NCBI GenBank assembly: GCA_964514595.1
Contig: CAZEQZ010000002.1
Location: 250,898-314,897 of the forward strand
From: an uncultured Candidatus Saccharibacteria bacterium
GTDB lineage: Bacteria > Patescibacteriota > Dojkabacteria > SC72
Reading direction: 5' to 3'
DNA: 64,000 bases
In this document: piece by piece, positions 49,590-58,952 of the stretch
Layout of the letters: each line of letters begins with the position of its first letter
Numbering within the stretch: position 1 is the stretch's first letter
Notes under the pieces: generated by a model
Seen by the model: the letters and a program-made list of their open reading frames with translations, nothing else
What the model was told of the DNA's origin: nothing
The model's database searches: none
Translations under genes and position numbers: made by a program

Positions 49590-50798
49590 ATGGACTTTTC
49601 ATCTGCAAATTCATATCTTAATACACTTCTTAACCATATCCCAGATATTATTAGGGGGAGTGTATATGAGAAATATATACAGTATTGGCCGATATTTTTG
49701 ATTGGTTTAATAGCATCTTTCATACTCACTCCAATAATAGGACAGATAGCTTTAAAACATGATATTACGTATGTACCGAGAGAGAAAAGGAAGGGAAAGG
49801 ATCATGATAATCCAGAAAAAGCCCTACACGAAGGAATCACGCCCTCTTTGGGAGGGTTGGCAATTACTATCCCTGCTATAGTTGCCCTCCTGCTTTTCTT
49901 TAAGCTAGATAGCTTCACCATACCTATACTCTTGGCCTTGCTGATATTAACTGTAGGAGCGACACTGGACGACGTACTTAATCTCCCTGCAAAAGGACAA
50001 CTCCTTTATCAAGCTCTGGCCGCCGGAATAATAGCTTTTTCGATACTAAATATATCTTCTATTCCATTTTTAGATATAGATCTGCATGTACTAAATTTTG
50101 ATTTTTCAGTACTAGGAATTCAACAATCCCTATCATTACCAGGAGACCTTTTTCTCTTCCTTTGGATAATTGTATGTATAAATGCAGTAAAGTGGACCGC
50201 TGGATCCCCGGGAATAATAGAGGCTAATTCGCTTGTGATATTCTCCTTAATATTTGTAATTGCCATTAGGGACCATTCTCTCTTTTCCTCTACCATAAGT
50301 ATACTTATATCTGGAGGGCTTCTAATGTTTTTAATATTTGCATTCCCACCTCAAAAGATTATGACCGGTTCCGCTGGAAAATCCGTTTACGGTTTCTTAA
50401 TTTGTGTATTGGCAATAATCTCCGATGCTAAAATATCAACTACTGTGATGTTGCTTATGCTCCCCTTGGTTGATTTTGCATATGTAATAATTAAAAGATA
50501 TTTGGCCTATAAACCTAAAAGCCTTGTGGACCTAATGAAAATTAATGGTCCCGATCATCTTCATCATCAATTAATGAAACTAGATCTTTCAAGAACACAG
50601 CTTGTACTTATAGAAATGTCTGCTACCCTCTTTCTTGGGTCTTTCGCAATACTAACAACGGGAGCAATCAGATACTTTACATTAACAATATGTCTGGCTC
50701 TCGGAATAGCCTTTATTGTATATATAAACATAAAAGCCTCAAAGAAAAAGCAAGTGGAATTGAAAGAAAAAAGCCCCGAATCTAAGTATTCATATTAA
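49590..50798 (+). CDS. MraY/WecA/TagO-family (glycosyltransferase 4) membrane protein, divergent
   Basis: TPSLGGLAI, LDD, DHLHH; multi-TM. Confidence 0.85.
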   Translation: MDFSSANSYLNTLLNHIPDIIRGSVYEKYIQYWPIFLIGLIASFILTPIIGQIALKHDITYVPREKRKGKDHDNPEKALHEGITPSLGGLAITIPAIVALLLFFKLDSFTIPILLALLILTVGATLDDVLNLPAKGQLLYQALAAGIIAFSILNISSIPFLDIDLHVLNFDFSVLGIQQSLSLPGDLFLFLWIIVCINAVKWTAGSPGIIEANSLVIFSLIFVIAIRDHSLFSSTISILISGGLLMFLIFAFPPQKIMTGSAGKSVYGFLICVLAIISDAKISTTVMLLMLPLVDFAYVIIKRYLAYKPKSLVDLMKINGPDHLHHQLMKLDLSRTQLVLIEMSATLFLGSFAILTTGAIRYFTLTICLALGIAFIVYINIKASKKKQVELKEKSPESKYSY

Positions 50799-50864
50799 TA
50801 TCATCGTTAGCCATTTAAACTATGGGGTGTGGTAAGATGTATTAATACTCAATATAATTAAAGA

Positions 50865-51524
50865 ATGACAAAGAAATCTATCACTATAACAGTAATCATA
50901 TTAATACTCCTATTTTCAATATTACTCTACTTTATACCAATAAATAGTATTTTAGGAAAACTACCTTTTCTAGACCGATTCTATAACAATACCACCTTAG
51001 AAATAGTCACTAAGAAAGGAAAGGCACGCATATGGATAAATGGGAAAGACTACGGAGAAACACCTAATACAATAGAAAATTTAGCCGAGGGGACATATCT
51101 CGTTGAGTTGGAGAAAATAGGTGATGAAAAATTCTTTTACGAAAAGCAATCTATACAAGTTGAATTAACTCGAAATACATCTGCAAGAATAGATATAGAA
51201 ATTGGTCCGGATAACATATTGCATGGCTCAATAATATATTATACTCCCATACGAACATCAACAGATGAGGGTTTCTTGACAGTTATAAGTAATGTGGATG
51301 GAGCGAAAATATTCTTAGATAAAGAATTTCTAAAAAGTACACCTGTGAGTAACCTAAACCTAAGAGAAAACCAATACCAAGTTAAAGTAACAGCTCAAGG
51401 ATACGAGGAAATAGAGGTTCCCGTACTCGTTAGAAACAACTACTCACTTAATTTAAAGACGTATCATTTCCCAATACCAACCCAATTTGATTTAGTTGAG
51501 ACAACAGAAACCATTAATGAGTAA
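50865..51524 (+). CDS. PEGA domain membrane-anchored protein
   Basis: Two PEGA-like repeats (ARIWINGKDYGETP; VISNVDGAKIFLDKEFLKSTP). Confidence 0.8.
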   Translation: MTKKSITITVIILILLFSILLYFIPINSILGKLPFLDRFYNNTTLEIVTKKGKARIWINGKDYGETPNTIENLAEGTYLVELEKIGDEKFFYEKQSIQVELTRNTSARIDIEIGPDNILHGSIIYYTPIRTSTDEGFLTVISNVDGAKIFLDKEFLKSTPVSNLNLRENQYQVKVTAQGYEEIEVPVLVRNNYSLNLKTYHFPIPTQFDLVETTETINE

Positions 51525-54516
51525 CCTGAGATTAAACAAAATAAAAGCACAGACTCCGATATCCATAATTATTCATGGGGGAAATCGAGTTGGATATTTA
51601 ACAGCAAAAACCTTAATCGATCAAGGCTGTTATGTGGTAATTATCGACAAATTTAACAGTAGTACCAAAAAATATCTTACAGAGTTAAAAAAATCAGAGC
51701 TTTTCGATTTCTTCGACTTTAAAGGGTTTAACTCACTCTTCAAAAATATTAAAAGGTTTGACTATCTTTTCTATTTCCTAAATCAAAAACTATCACAGAA
51801 GGAATTTGATAGTAAGGAATTTTTAAATGAAACAAAAATCTTAGAAGAAACCCTTGTTAATACTAAAAAACATCATGCAAAGTTCTCCTTAGTTACCTCC
51901 TTACCACTTAATAGGGAGCTAGCCAACAGAGTGAATAACATAAAACTTTCAGCCCCATCCCCATACTCCAATATTGAACTGCAGAAATATTGTGAGACAC
52001 TTGCTGCGGAATTTAAAGATAAATCCAATATAAATTTAAGAATATTACGAGTAGGAACAATCATAGGTTCTGGAACTGAAAAAGTTGATAATGAAATATT
52101 GGACAGCCTATTAAAAGATGCCATACAAAAGAGTCAAATTACTATTAAAGGGGAAGGGTTGGATATCCACTCCCTAATACACGAGGCAGATGTAACATAC
52201 GGAGTTTTGAAATTGACATTTACTGATAACAGTAAGGGGGAAGTTATTTCCTTAGCCAACAAAAACAACTACACCACGCTATCCCTTGCATATAAGTTAT
52301 TAGAACTTAATACGGAGGCTCAAACCATTAGATTCGTAGAAAATCCTGACAGCGAATTTATAATACAAGACTTATACGTTCCAGCACCGTACGCTACAAA
52401 ATATGGTTGGATTCAACAAGTTTCCCTAGAAGAGGGATTGATTGAACAGATTCATACTTACTACGATTCTATAAATAAATCGTGGGATATTGGCGATATA
52501 CCAAAGAGAAAGAATCCAACAAAGAGTACAGTTAAAATATCAAAAACAAAATTAGGAGAATTCCTCTCAAATATGTTTGATCCAGTAAAAAATGTTTTTA
52601 AACCACAGAAGAAAAGAAATATTAATGTTAAAAAACTCTCGACCATACTACTATCTTCTCTAGGTGTCTTAACTTTTACATATTTTGTACTATATCCGAT
52701 CATAGGAACAGTACTTGGTCTATTTTTGATAAATAGTGCAACGAAGGAATTAACTACTTCTGTACTAGATTTAGATGAGGAAAAAAGTCAAAGAAATATT
52801 GAGCAGTTAGACAAAAATATAGAAAGAATCTCACATAGCGTGAGTAACATATACTGGCTTTTCTATATAACTAACAACAGAGAACTATATGACAGCACCA
52901 CCCAACTAATACTGGGTTCACAATACACCGTACAGGGAGCCTCAGAGCTAATCAGTGCTGTATATCCACTTTCTAGATATATACAGGAATTTGAACCAGC
53001 TTTAGATTTCCAAACTTCAACACCCACGACAACAAGGGAATATAGAGAGTACCTATCCGAAATACAAAGAAACAGCTACAAATTAGATGAAGCTTCATAT
53101 AAGATATCTTTGGCATCGGAAATTATAAAAAATCTTAACACATCTGTATTTCCTTCCGCCCTACAAGACAAGGTTTTAGACATAAAAGATATAATATCTC
53201 AATTAGAAAACGGAACTACAACATTTAAAGAAACTACCTCTTTTCTTCCCGACCTTTTAGGTGTCAATCAAAGGAAAAGATACCTCATACTCCTTCAAAA
53301 CGAATCCGAAATTAGAAGCACTGGAGGATGGTTAACAAGTTACGGTGTCATAGGAATAGAGGGAGGACAAATAAGGGAACTATTTGTCGATGATATATAC
53401 AATGCAGACGGAACCTTAAGGATACAAAATAAAAGCTACATTCCACCAAGATCCATGGTTACTGCACTGGAGATAACTAATTGGTCATTTTCATTAGTTA
53501 ATTGGCACCCTGACCTGCTTGATACGCTCTCAGAGTCGGAGCAATTCATAAAGGATTTAGGCAAGGGAAATAGTATAGATGGAATAATTACGATGGATAT
53601 ATCTTTCATACAGAAGCTTTTAGAAAAATGGGAGGGAATAGAAGTTCCTGGCGAGACTCAGATCATAACCAGCGAGAACATATACAACAAAATATTTGAA
53701 ATGCACGAAGACTTCACCCCCGGATCAACTCAGAAGATGACTTTTTTGGCTAATTTGGCAAACGAAATAGTCAAAAAGATCCTTTCAATGAACGTCGGAG
53801 AACTAATGGAGATAGGAGATATCTTTGAAGATAGCCTTAATGAGAAGCATCTACAAGCGACATTTAAGAACAGAGATGCATACAACTTCTTTAGCTCTCG
53901 AAATTGGGCTAACTCTATGAGCTCCAAATACAATAATGCTCCAATAGCAATTGATTGGAACTGGGGAGGGAATAAGGCTAATTTGTATTTAGATAAAAAT
54001 TATAATCTAACTACAAACATTAAGGATGTAGACACCATTGATTTTGCATATTCCATAACAGTGGAGAATTCCTCTTCCACCGAGGAATACCCAGAAGGAA
54101 ACTACATCAATTACCAGAGAATATATATCCCAGCAGAAGCTACAGTTCTTCGAATAACTGGATTCGAGGGGAATGAATACAGTATCTACAAAGAGAGTGG
54201 TTTTAAAGTAATTGGAGGATGGTTTAATACTCCTATAAAGTCCACAAATACACTAGAAATATCATATAGAGTTGACCGAAACACAGACAGTTCGAACTTC
54301 CCACTAAATATACAAGAACAAAATGTATTTCTTAACTTAACACTTTTTAAGCAACCTGGGGAGAAAAGACATGCATATAAACTAGACCTAATATACCCAT
54401 CTACTTGGAATCTTGAAAACTCCGGAAATTTAAACAGCATAAGCAACCAATTATCCGGAAGATTTGAATTAAGCCAAGATCTCGAATTCCCAATAATATG
54501 GAGAGTTCCGGATTAA
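51517..54516 (+). CDS. Fusion of a degenerate NAD-dependent epimerase (SDR) domain, a TM helix and a DUF4012-like extracellular domain
   Basis: N-terminal Rossmann-like IIIHGGNRVG..VVIID; TM near residue 390; RYLILLQNESEIRSTGGW and GGNKAN are DUF4012-type; ATG 51517 overlaps the PEGA stop. Confidence 0.75.
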   Translation: MSNLRLNKIKAQTPISIIIHGGNRVGYLTAKTLIDQGCYVVIIDKFNSSTKKYLTELKKSELFDFFDFKGFNSLFKNIKRFDYLFYFLNQKLSQKEFDSKEFLNETKILEETLVNTKKHHAKFSLVTSLPLNRELANRVNNIKLSAPSPYSNIELQKYCETLAAEFKDKSNINLRILRVGTIIGSGTEKVDNEILDSLLKDAIQKSQITIKGEGLDIHSLIHEADVTYGVLKLTFTDNSKGEVISLANKNNYTTLSLAYKLLELNTEAQTIRFVENPDSEFIIQDLYVPAPYATKYGWIQQVSLEEGLIEQIHTYYDSINKSWDIGDIPKRKNPTKSTVKISKTKLGEFLSNMFDPVKNVFKPQKKRNINVKKLSTILLSSLGVLTFTYFVLYPIIGTVLGLFLINSATKELTTSVLDLDEEKSQRNIEQLDKNIERISHSVSNIYWLFYITNNRELYDSTTQLILGSQYTVQGASELISAVYPLSRYIQEFEPALDFQTSTPTTTREYREYLSEIQRNSYKLDEASYKISLASEIIKNLNTSVFPSALQDKVLDIKDIISQLENGTTTFKETTSFLPDLLGVNQRKRYLILLQNESEIRSTGGWLTSYGVIGIEGGQIRELFVDDIYNADGTLRIQNKSYIPPRSMVTALEITNWSFSLVNWHPDLLDTLSESEQFIKDLGKGNSIDGIITMDISFIQKLLEKWEGIEVPGETQIITSENIYNKIFEMHEDFTPGSTQKMTFLANLANEIVKKILSMNVGELMEIGDIFEDSLNEKHLQATFKNRDAYNFFSSRNWANSMSSKYNNAPIAIDWNWGGNKANLYLDKNYNLTTNIKDVDTIDFAYSITVENSSSTEEYPEGNYINYQRIYIPAEATVLRITGFEGNEYSIYKESGFKVIGGWFNTPIKSTNTLEISYRVDRNTDSSNFPLNIQEQNVFLNLTLFKQPGEKRHAYKLDLIYPSTWNLENSGNLNSISNQLSGRFELSQDLEFPIIWRVPD

Positions 54517-54851
54517 ACCGAAACTTTGTCATTACGTTTTAAATACGTGTACACCTCCAATATATCCTCCAAGGAGACCTGTCCCTTGCTAGAGAATTTT
54601 TGAATCTCTCTCACACCCAAATCCGTATTAACCGGAACCCTGTTACTAATCCCTAGAGGAGAAACGAATGTCGCTATGTTGTTCGATTTACAACTATGAC
54701 ATGAAAAGTGTATAATTACCGATACTCCAGTATTCTGGATTATATTAACATCTTCAATCAGATAGGCAGTGCCACACTTGTCGCAAAACTTTGCAACAGA
54801 GTCCAAAAAAAACTGTTTTTTATCTAATATGTTATTATCTTTACTGTCCAT
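54513..54851 (-). CDS. Small zinc-binding hypothetical protein (CxxC...CxxC)
   Basis: CDKC and CHSC; start reassigned to ATG 54851, preceded by TGcTATAAT at 6 nt. Confidence 0.7.
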   Translation of the reverse strand: MDSKDNNILDKKQFFLDSVAKFCDKCGTAYLIEDVNIIQNTGVSVIIHFSCHSCKSNNIATFVSPLGISNRVPVNTDLGVREIQKFSSKGQVSLEDILEVYTYLKRNDKVSV

Positions 54852-54876
54852 ATATAAATTATAGCATACGCTGTAA

Positions 54877-55956
54877 ATGGTAGATAAAAGCAAATCAATA
54901 AAATATCTAGTTAAAAAAGGAAAAGAGCAAGGATTTCTCACTCAGGAGGATCTCTTGGATGTCTTCCCCACAATAGAGGAGGATATTGAACTCTTGGACG
55001 AAATATTTGAAAAGCTTCAAGAGAATGAGATAGAGGTACTCGAACCTGAGGAAAATGTCGATGTTGCTGAGAAAGAAGAATTAACACTTGAGAATAAAAT
55101 AAGGATACTTAAAACTATCCAAACCAATATATCTACTGATGCAATTAGATCATACCTATATGAGATTGGTAGAATTCCACTTCTCACAGGAGAGGAAGAG
55201 GTTATCCTAGCAAAGAGGATAGAAAAGGGAGACGAAGAGGCTGGACAGCTATTAATAACTGCAAATCTGAGATTAGTTGTGAGTATTGCAAAAAAATATA
55301 GTAAAAGTAATCTTGAACTTCTAGATTTAATCCAGGAAGGAAATATTGGATTGATGAGAGCTGTTGAGAAATTTGATTATAAAAAAGGTTTTAAATTCTC
55401 CACTTACGCTACTTGGTGGATCAGGCAGGCCATTACTAGAGCCATAGCTGACCAAGCAAGAACCATTAGGGTGCCCGTACATATGATAGAGACCATAAAC
55501 AAATTTAATAAAGTAAGCAATACATTAGCTACTAAACTAGGAAGACCCGCAACTGATGAAGAGATAGCAAAAGAAATGGATATCGAAATAGAAAAGATTG
55601 CAGAGATAAAAAAGATTAAACAGAATCCAACATCTTTGGCTACACCTATTGGGGAAGAGAAGGACAGCAAATTACAGGACATTATCCCGGACGATTGGTC
55701 CCAGTCTCCTGAAGATTATGCAACTGGAGAATACCTCAAGAATCAACTACACGAGATACTAGATAGCCTTCAGGATAGGGAGAGACGTGTTCTATCTCTA
55801 AGATTTGGACTAGAAGATGGGGTATCTAGAACATTAGAAGAAGTAGGGAAAGAATTTGGAGTAACAAGAGAAAGAATTAGACAGATAGAGGCAAAAGCAT
55901 TAAAGAAGCTCAAGGAAAAATCTGCACAACAGAAACTAGATGACTATATAGATTAA
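54877..55956 (+). CDS. rpoD: Primary sigma factor RpoD/SigA
   Basis: Region 1.1, [52 protein letters not shown]. Confidence 0.98.
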   Translation: MVDKSKSIKYLVKKGKEQGFLTQEDLLDVFPTIEEDIELLDEIFEKLQENEIEVLEPEENVDVAEKEELTLENKIRILKTIQTNISTDAIRSYLYEIGRIPLLTGEEEVILAKRIEKGDEEAGQLLITANLRLVVSIAKKYSKSNLELLDLIQEGNIGLMRAVEKFDYKKGFKFSTYATWWIRQAITRAIADQARTIRVPVHMIETINKFNKVSNTLATKLGRPATDEEIAKEMDIEIEKIAEIKKIKQNPTSLATPIGEEKDSKLQDIIPDDWSQSPEDYATGEYLKNQLHEILDSLQDRERRVLSLRFGLEDGVSRTLEEVGKEFGVTRERIRQIEAKALKKLKEKSAQQKLDDYID

Positions 55957-56195
55957 TCCCTACCTATTAAAGAAAGAAATTCTTCCGGCGATACAGGGAA
56001 ACTCTCCTCCGTTCTCTCTGTTATAGTTTCTAATTCATCCAAGTCAAAAGTCATCCTTAACTGGTTGGTATATGAGCTAGCATTTGGATTTATTTCGACA
56101 TTTGCATTCTGAAAATAAATAGATGAACCAACCCAAACCAATACTACTACTAGCAAAAGTATCAATGCAAACATAGCTTTCTTAATAATATCCAT
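55953..56195 (-). CDS. Small bitopic membrane protein (PilP-position gene)
   Basis: N-terminal TM; last gene of the pilN-pilO cluster. Confidence 0.6.
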   Translation of the reverse strand: MDIIKKAMFALILLLVVVLVWVGSSIYFQNANVEINPNASSYTNQLRMTFDLDELETITERTEESFPVSPEEFLSLIGRD

Positions 56196-56199
56196 TTAA

Positions 56200-56814
56200 C
56201 TATTTATAAAATTTATCATTCTCAATATTATATATCCTAAGATTTAAGCTAAAAGAGCTCAAACCATCTCTATCCCTTTGTGTAGAAAAAGACACTGACT
56301 CTACAACTGGATACATGGGAAGTGCCTCCAAATCCTTTAACAAATTAATCAAGTTAGAATCCCTTCCCTTGATACTCAATCTAACTGCTGTGGGGACCAA
56401 AACTTTCGTAGAAGCACTAAAACTATCACCTTTATACCTATCAAAGTTAATAGATACTAGTGCAAATCCATTCCTTGCCACTATAGCATCTATGTTGGAC
56501 ATGAAGAGACTAAAATTACCATCTGCTGGAAATATCAACTCCAAATTATTTAATTCCTTTTTTGAGGTAGTATATTGCTTATCCAATTCGGTAAGTGTAT
56601 CTATCTTAGTCCCCAAAAGTGAATTAACTGTCGTTTTTTCCTTAATCTCTTTATTAATCCTTGTTATGGTCAAAATTGTAGGCCTAATTGCAAACACTAC
56701 TAGCACTATCATTACCAAGATGGAGAAGGCAAAAAATATGTAAGATCTTTTCTTCTCCGGAGACTCTTTAATTATTTTTATATATTCCGTTGTATTAATA
56801 TCCTTCTCCTTCAT
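56200..56814 (-). CDS. pilO: Type IV pilus assembly protein PilO-like
   Basis: TM (FAIRPT), coiled coil, ferredoxin-like 'LSIKGRDSNLINLLKDLEALP'. Confidence 0.75.
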   Translation of the reverse strand: MKEKDINTTEYIKIIKESPEKKRSYIFFAFSILVMIVLVVFAIRPTILTITRINKEIKEKTTVNSLLGTKIDTLTELDKQYTTSKKELNNLELIFPADGNFSLFMSNIDAIVARNGFALVSINFDRYKGDSFSASTKVLVPTAVRLSIKGRDSNLINLLKDLEALPMYPVVESVSFSTQRDRDGLSSFSLNLRIYNIENDKFYK

Positions 56815-57374
56815 TATTTATCCTCCGTAGGAAACAGATTAAAGGTTATCCTAACACTAATATCCGTTTTATCCTTACTAATAGAGAATTTAACATCATA
56901 ATAGTCAGGATTATTCTTAAGTGCCGCTTCATAATTTTTAACAGCATCCAGATTTGATGTTGTTAAATGAAAGGAAACCCTCCCCTCGTTGAATGAAAAA
57001 TTCTCCAAATCTAAAGAAGATGGAACACCGCTTGTCAATTCACTAACTGAAGTTGAATTAATTTGCTGCCCCTCCCTTACTTTCTTTACATCTAAAAGTA
57101 ATGTTTGATAGTTATCAAAAAGTATTGCATTTTTTCTCCAATTTTCATTAGAAAGTAAAACCACCTTATTATTTATTTCCTCTGTTAAATCATTATTTTT
57201 TCTATCCAACACAAATCTTGAAAAAAACACTATCAAAACAACAACTTGTACAAAAATCAACATATATTTACCAACATTAACAAGCCATACATATGCATTG
57301 GCCCATAAATCATTAGGCGAATAGAGAGCATCTAAGAAATTGATTGATTTTGGTTGTTTCTCTGATTGAAACAT
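56814..57374 (-). CDS. pilN: Type IV pilus assembly protein PilN-like
   Basis: SINFL, TM, coiled coil, VPSSL..., YEAALKNNP.Y.DV; directly upstream of pilO. Confidence 0.65.
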   Translation of the reverse strand: MFQSEKQPKSINFLDALYSPNDLWANAYVWLVNVGKYMLIFVQVVVLIVFFSRFVLDRKNNDLTEEINNKVVLLSNENWRKNAILFDNYQTLLLDVKKVREGQQINSTSVSELTSGVPSSLDLENFSFNEGRVSFHLTTSNLDAVKNYEAALKNNPDYYDVKFSISKDKTDISVRITFNLFPTEDK

Positions 57375-57423
57375 TAGGCAGTTTTAATTCATTATCAAAT
57401 TTAGTATAGCATATTTAAGTATA

Positions 57424-58869
57424 TTAGATTTTTTCGAAAAGTATAATGGTTTTCCTTTCCTCTAAAGCTCTCTTTGCCTTCCCACAACTTTCGGGAATGA
57501 TAGGAGTATAGTAGTGTATTACTTTACTAAGAAGATAGCTTAGGTTGTTTAGTATTTTCTCTGTTTCCTCCTTTTCTTTATCCTTATTCCACGGCTCTTT
57601 TTCAGTAATATACTTATTTCCCCAATCAGCCAGCTCATCCACCTTACTACTTGCCAAAGCTATTTCATACTCACCGTAGAAATTCTCTATCTCCTCACAG
57701 TATAAATCTACTTCTTTCTTAAAAACATCCTCTACCTTACTCTCATCATTAATCTCCACTTCCTTGTTATTTGCCAAATGTATTACTCTGTTGAGTAGAT
57801 TGCCGTAATTATTGGCCAACCTAGAGTTATACATATTAATCAAATCGTCCTCTTTGTATGCAGAATCTGAGAAGGTGGCTATACCACTCAAGAGATAGAA
57901 CCTTACTATCTCTGCCCCATACTTTTCCTCCTGCTCAAATGGAGATATCACATTTCCCAATGTTTTTGCCATTTTTCTTCCATCAGGGCCCAATACCATA
58001 CCATGCTCTAAGAGTTTTGAACTCTGTTGCAAACCAACAGATGCCAACATCCCTTGCCATATGCTACCTTGAAATCTAAGATTATCCGGTCCAAATAGCT
58101 GTATTCCGGGCCACCATTCATGTAGCCTCTTCTCATCACTACCAAAACCCAATACATTAACATAGTTGGTTAGAGCATCAAACCAAACGTAGAGTACCTG
58201 TTCTGGATCTCCAGGGACCTCTATCCCCCAAGGGAGATTCTCTTTTAACCTTGATATGCTAATATCTTCTGTTTCTGAAATTATTTTCTTCAATTCCTCT
58301 AACTTAGTACTAGGTTTTAGTACATCTGGATTCTCATTTAACCATTTAAGTAAATGTTCTTTATAGTTAGACAATCTAAAGAAATAGTTCTCCTCCTCCT
58401 TTAACTCAGGCTCTTTATCGTGATCAGGACACTTCCCATCCACTAACTCCTTCTCCGTTATGAATCTCTCACACCCTACGCAGTACTTTCCACTATACTT
58501 CTTCTTATATATATCTCCTTTTTCATCACATCTTTTCCAAAATTCCTGTGCTGCTTTATGATGACTCTTGTCGGAAGTTCTATAAAAATGATCGTATTCT
58601 ACAAAAAATAGCTTACAAAAGTCTTTAAACCTTTGAGAATACTTATCTACGAAATCCTGTACCTCCAACCCCTCCTTTTGGGCCTGTTCTAACATTTTTT
58701 GACCATGCTCATCTGTCCCCACATTAAAGAAGACATTTTCCTTCCCTAACTTCTGTTTAAAATATCTAGATATTGCATCCGCTTGTACAAATTCTAATGC
58801 GTGACCAATATGGGGTTCTGCATTAACATAGGGGAGGGTAGTTGTTATGTATAATCTTTCTTTGTTCAT
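57424..58869 (-). CDS. metG: Methionine--tRNA ligase (short monomeric form)
   Basis: YITTTLPYVN.EPHIGH, GTDEHGQK, YVWFDAL, KMAKT. Confidence 0.96.
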   Translation of the reverse strand: MNKERLYITTTLPYVNAEPHIGHALEFVQADAISRYFKQKLGKENVFFNVGTDEHGQKMLEQAQKEGLEVQDFVDKYSQRFKDFCKLFFVEYDHFYRTSDKSHHKAAQEFWKRCDEKGDIYKKKYSGKYCVGCERFITEKELVDGKCPDHDKEPELKEEENYFFRLSNYKEHLLKWLNENPDVLKPSTKLEELKKIISETEDISISRLKENLPWGIEVPGDPEQVLYVWFDALTNYVNVLGFGSDEKRLHEWWPGIQLFGPDNLRFQGSIWQGMLASVGLQQSSKLLEHGMVLGPDGRKMAKTLGNVISPFEQEEKYGAEIVRFYLLSGIATFSDSAYKEDDLINMYNSRLANNYGNLLNRVIHLANNKEVEINDESKVEDVFKKEVDLYCEEIENFYGEYEIALASSKVDELADWGNKYITEKEPWNKDKEKEETEKILNNLSYLLSKVIHYYTPIIPESCGKAKRALEERKTIILFEKI

Positions 58870-58952
58870 TAATATTTATTCCTAATTTAGATTAAAAATA
58901 TAATCTATCATTGATTATATAATTATTTTGCTATGGTGAGAAATACATGTCC

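Noticed and set aside
54852-54941. N-terminal extension of the 54513..54941 ORF
   Set aside because: It would overlap rpoD head-to-head; ATG 54851 has a well-placed extended -10 box.
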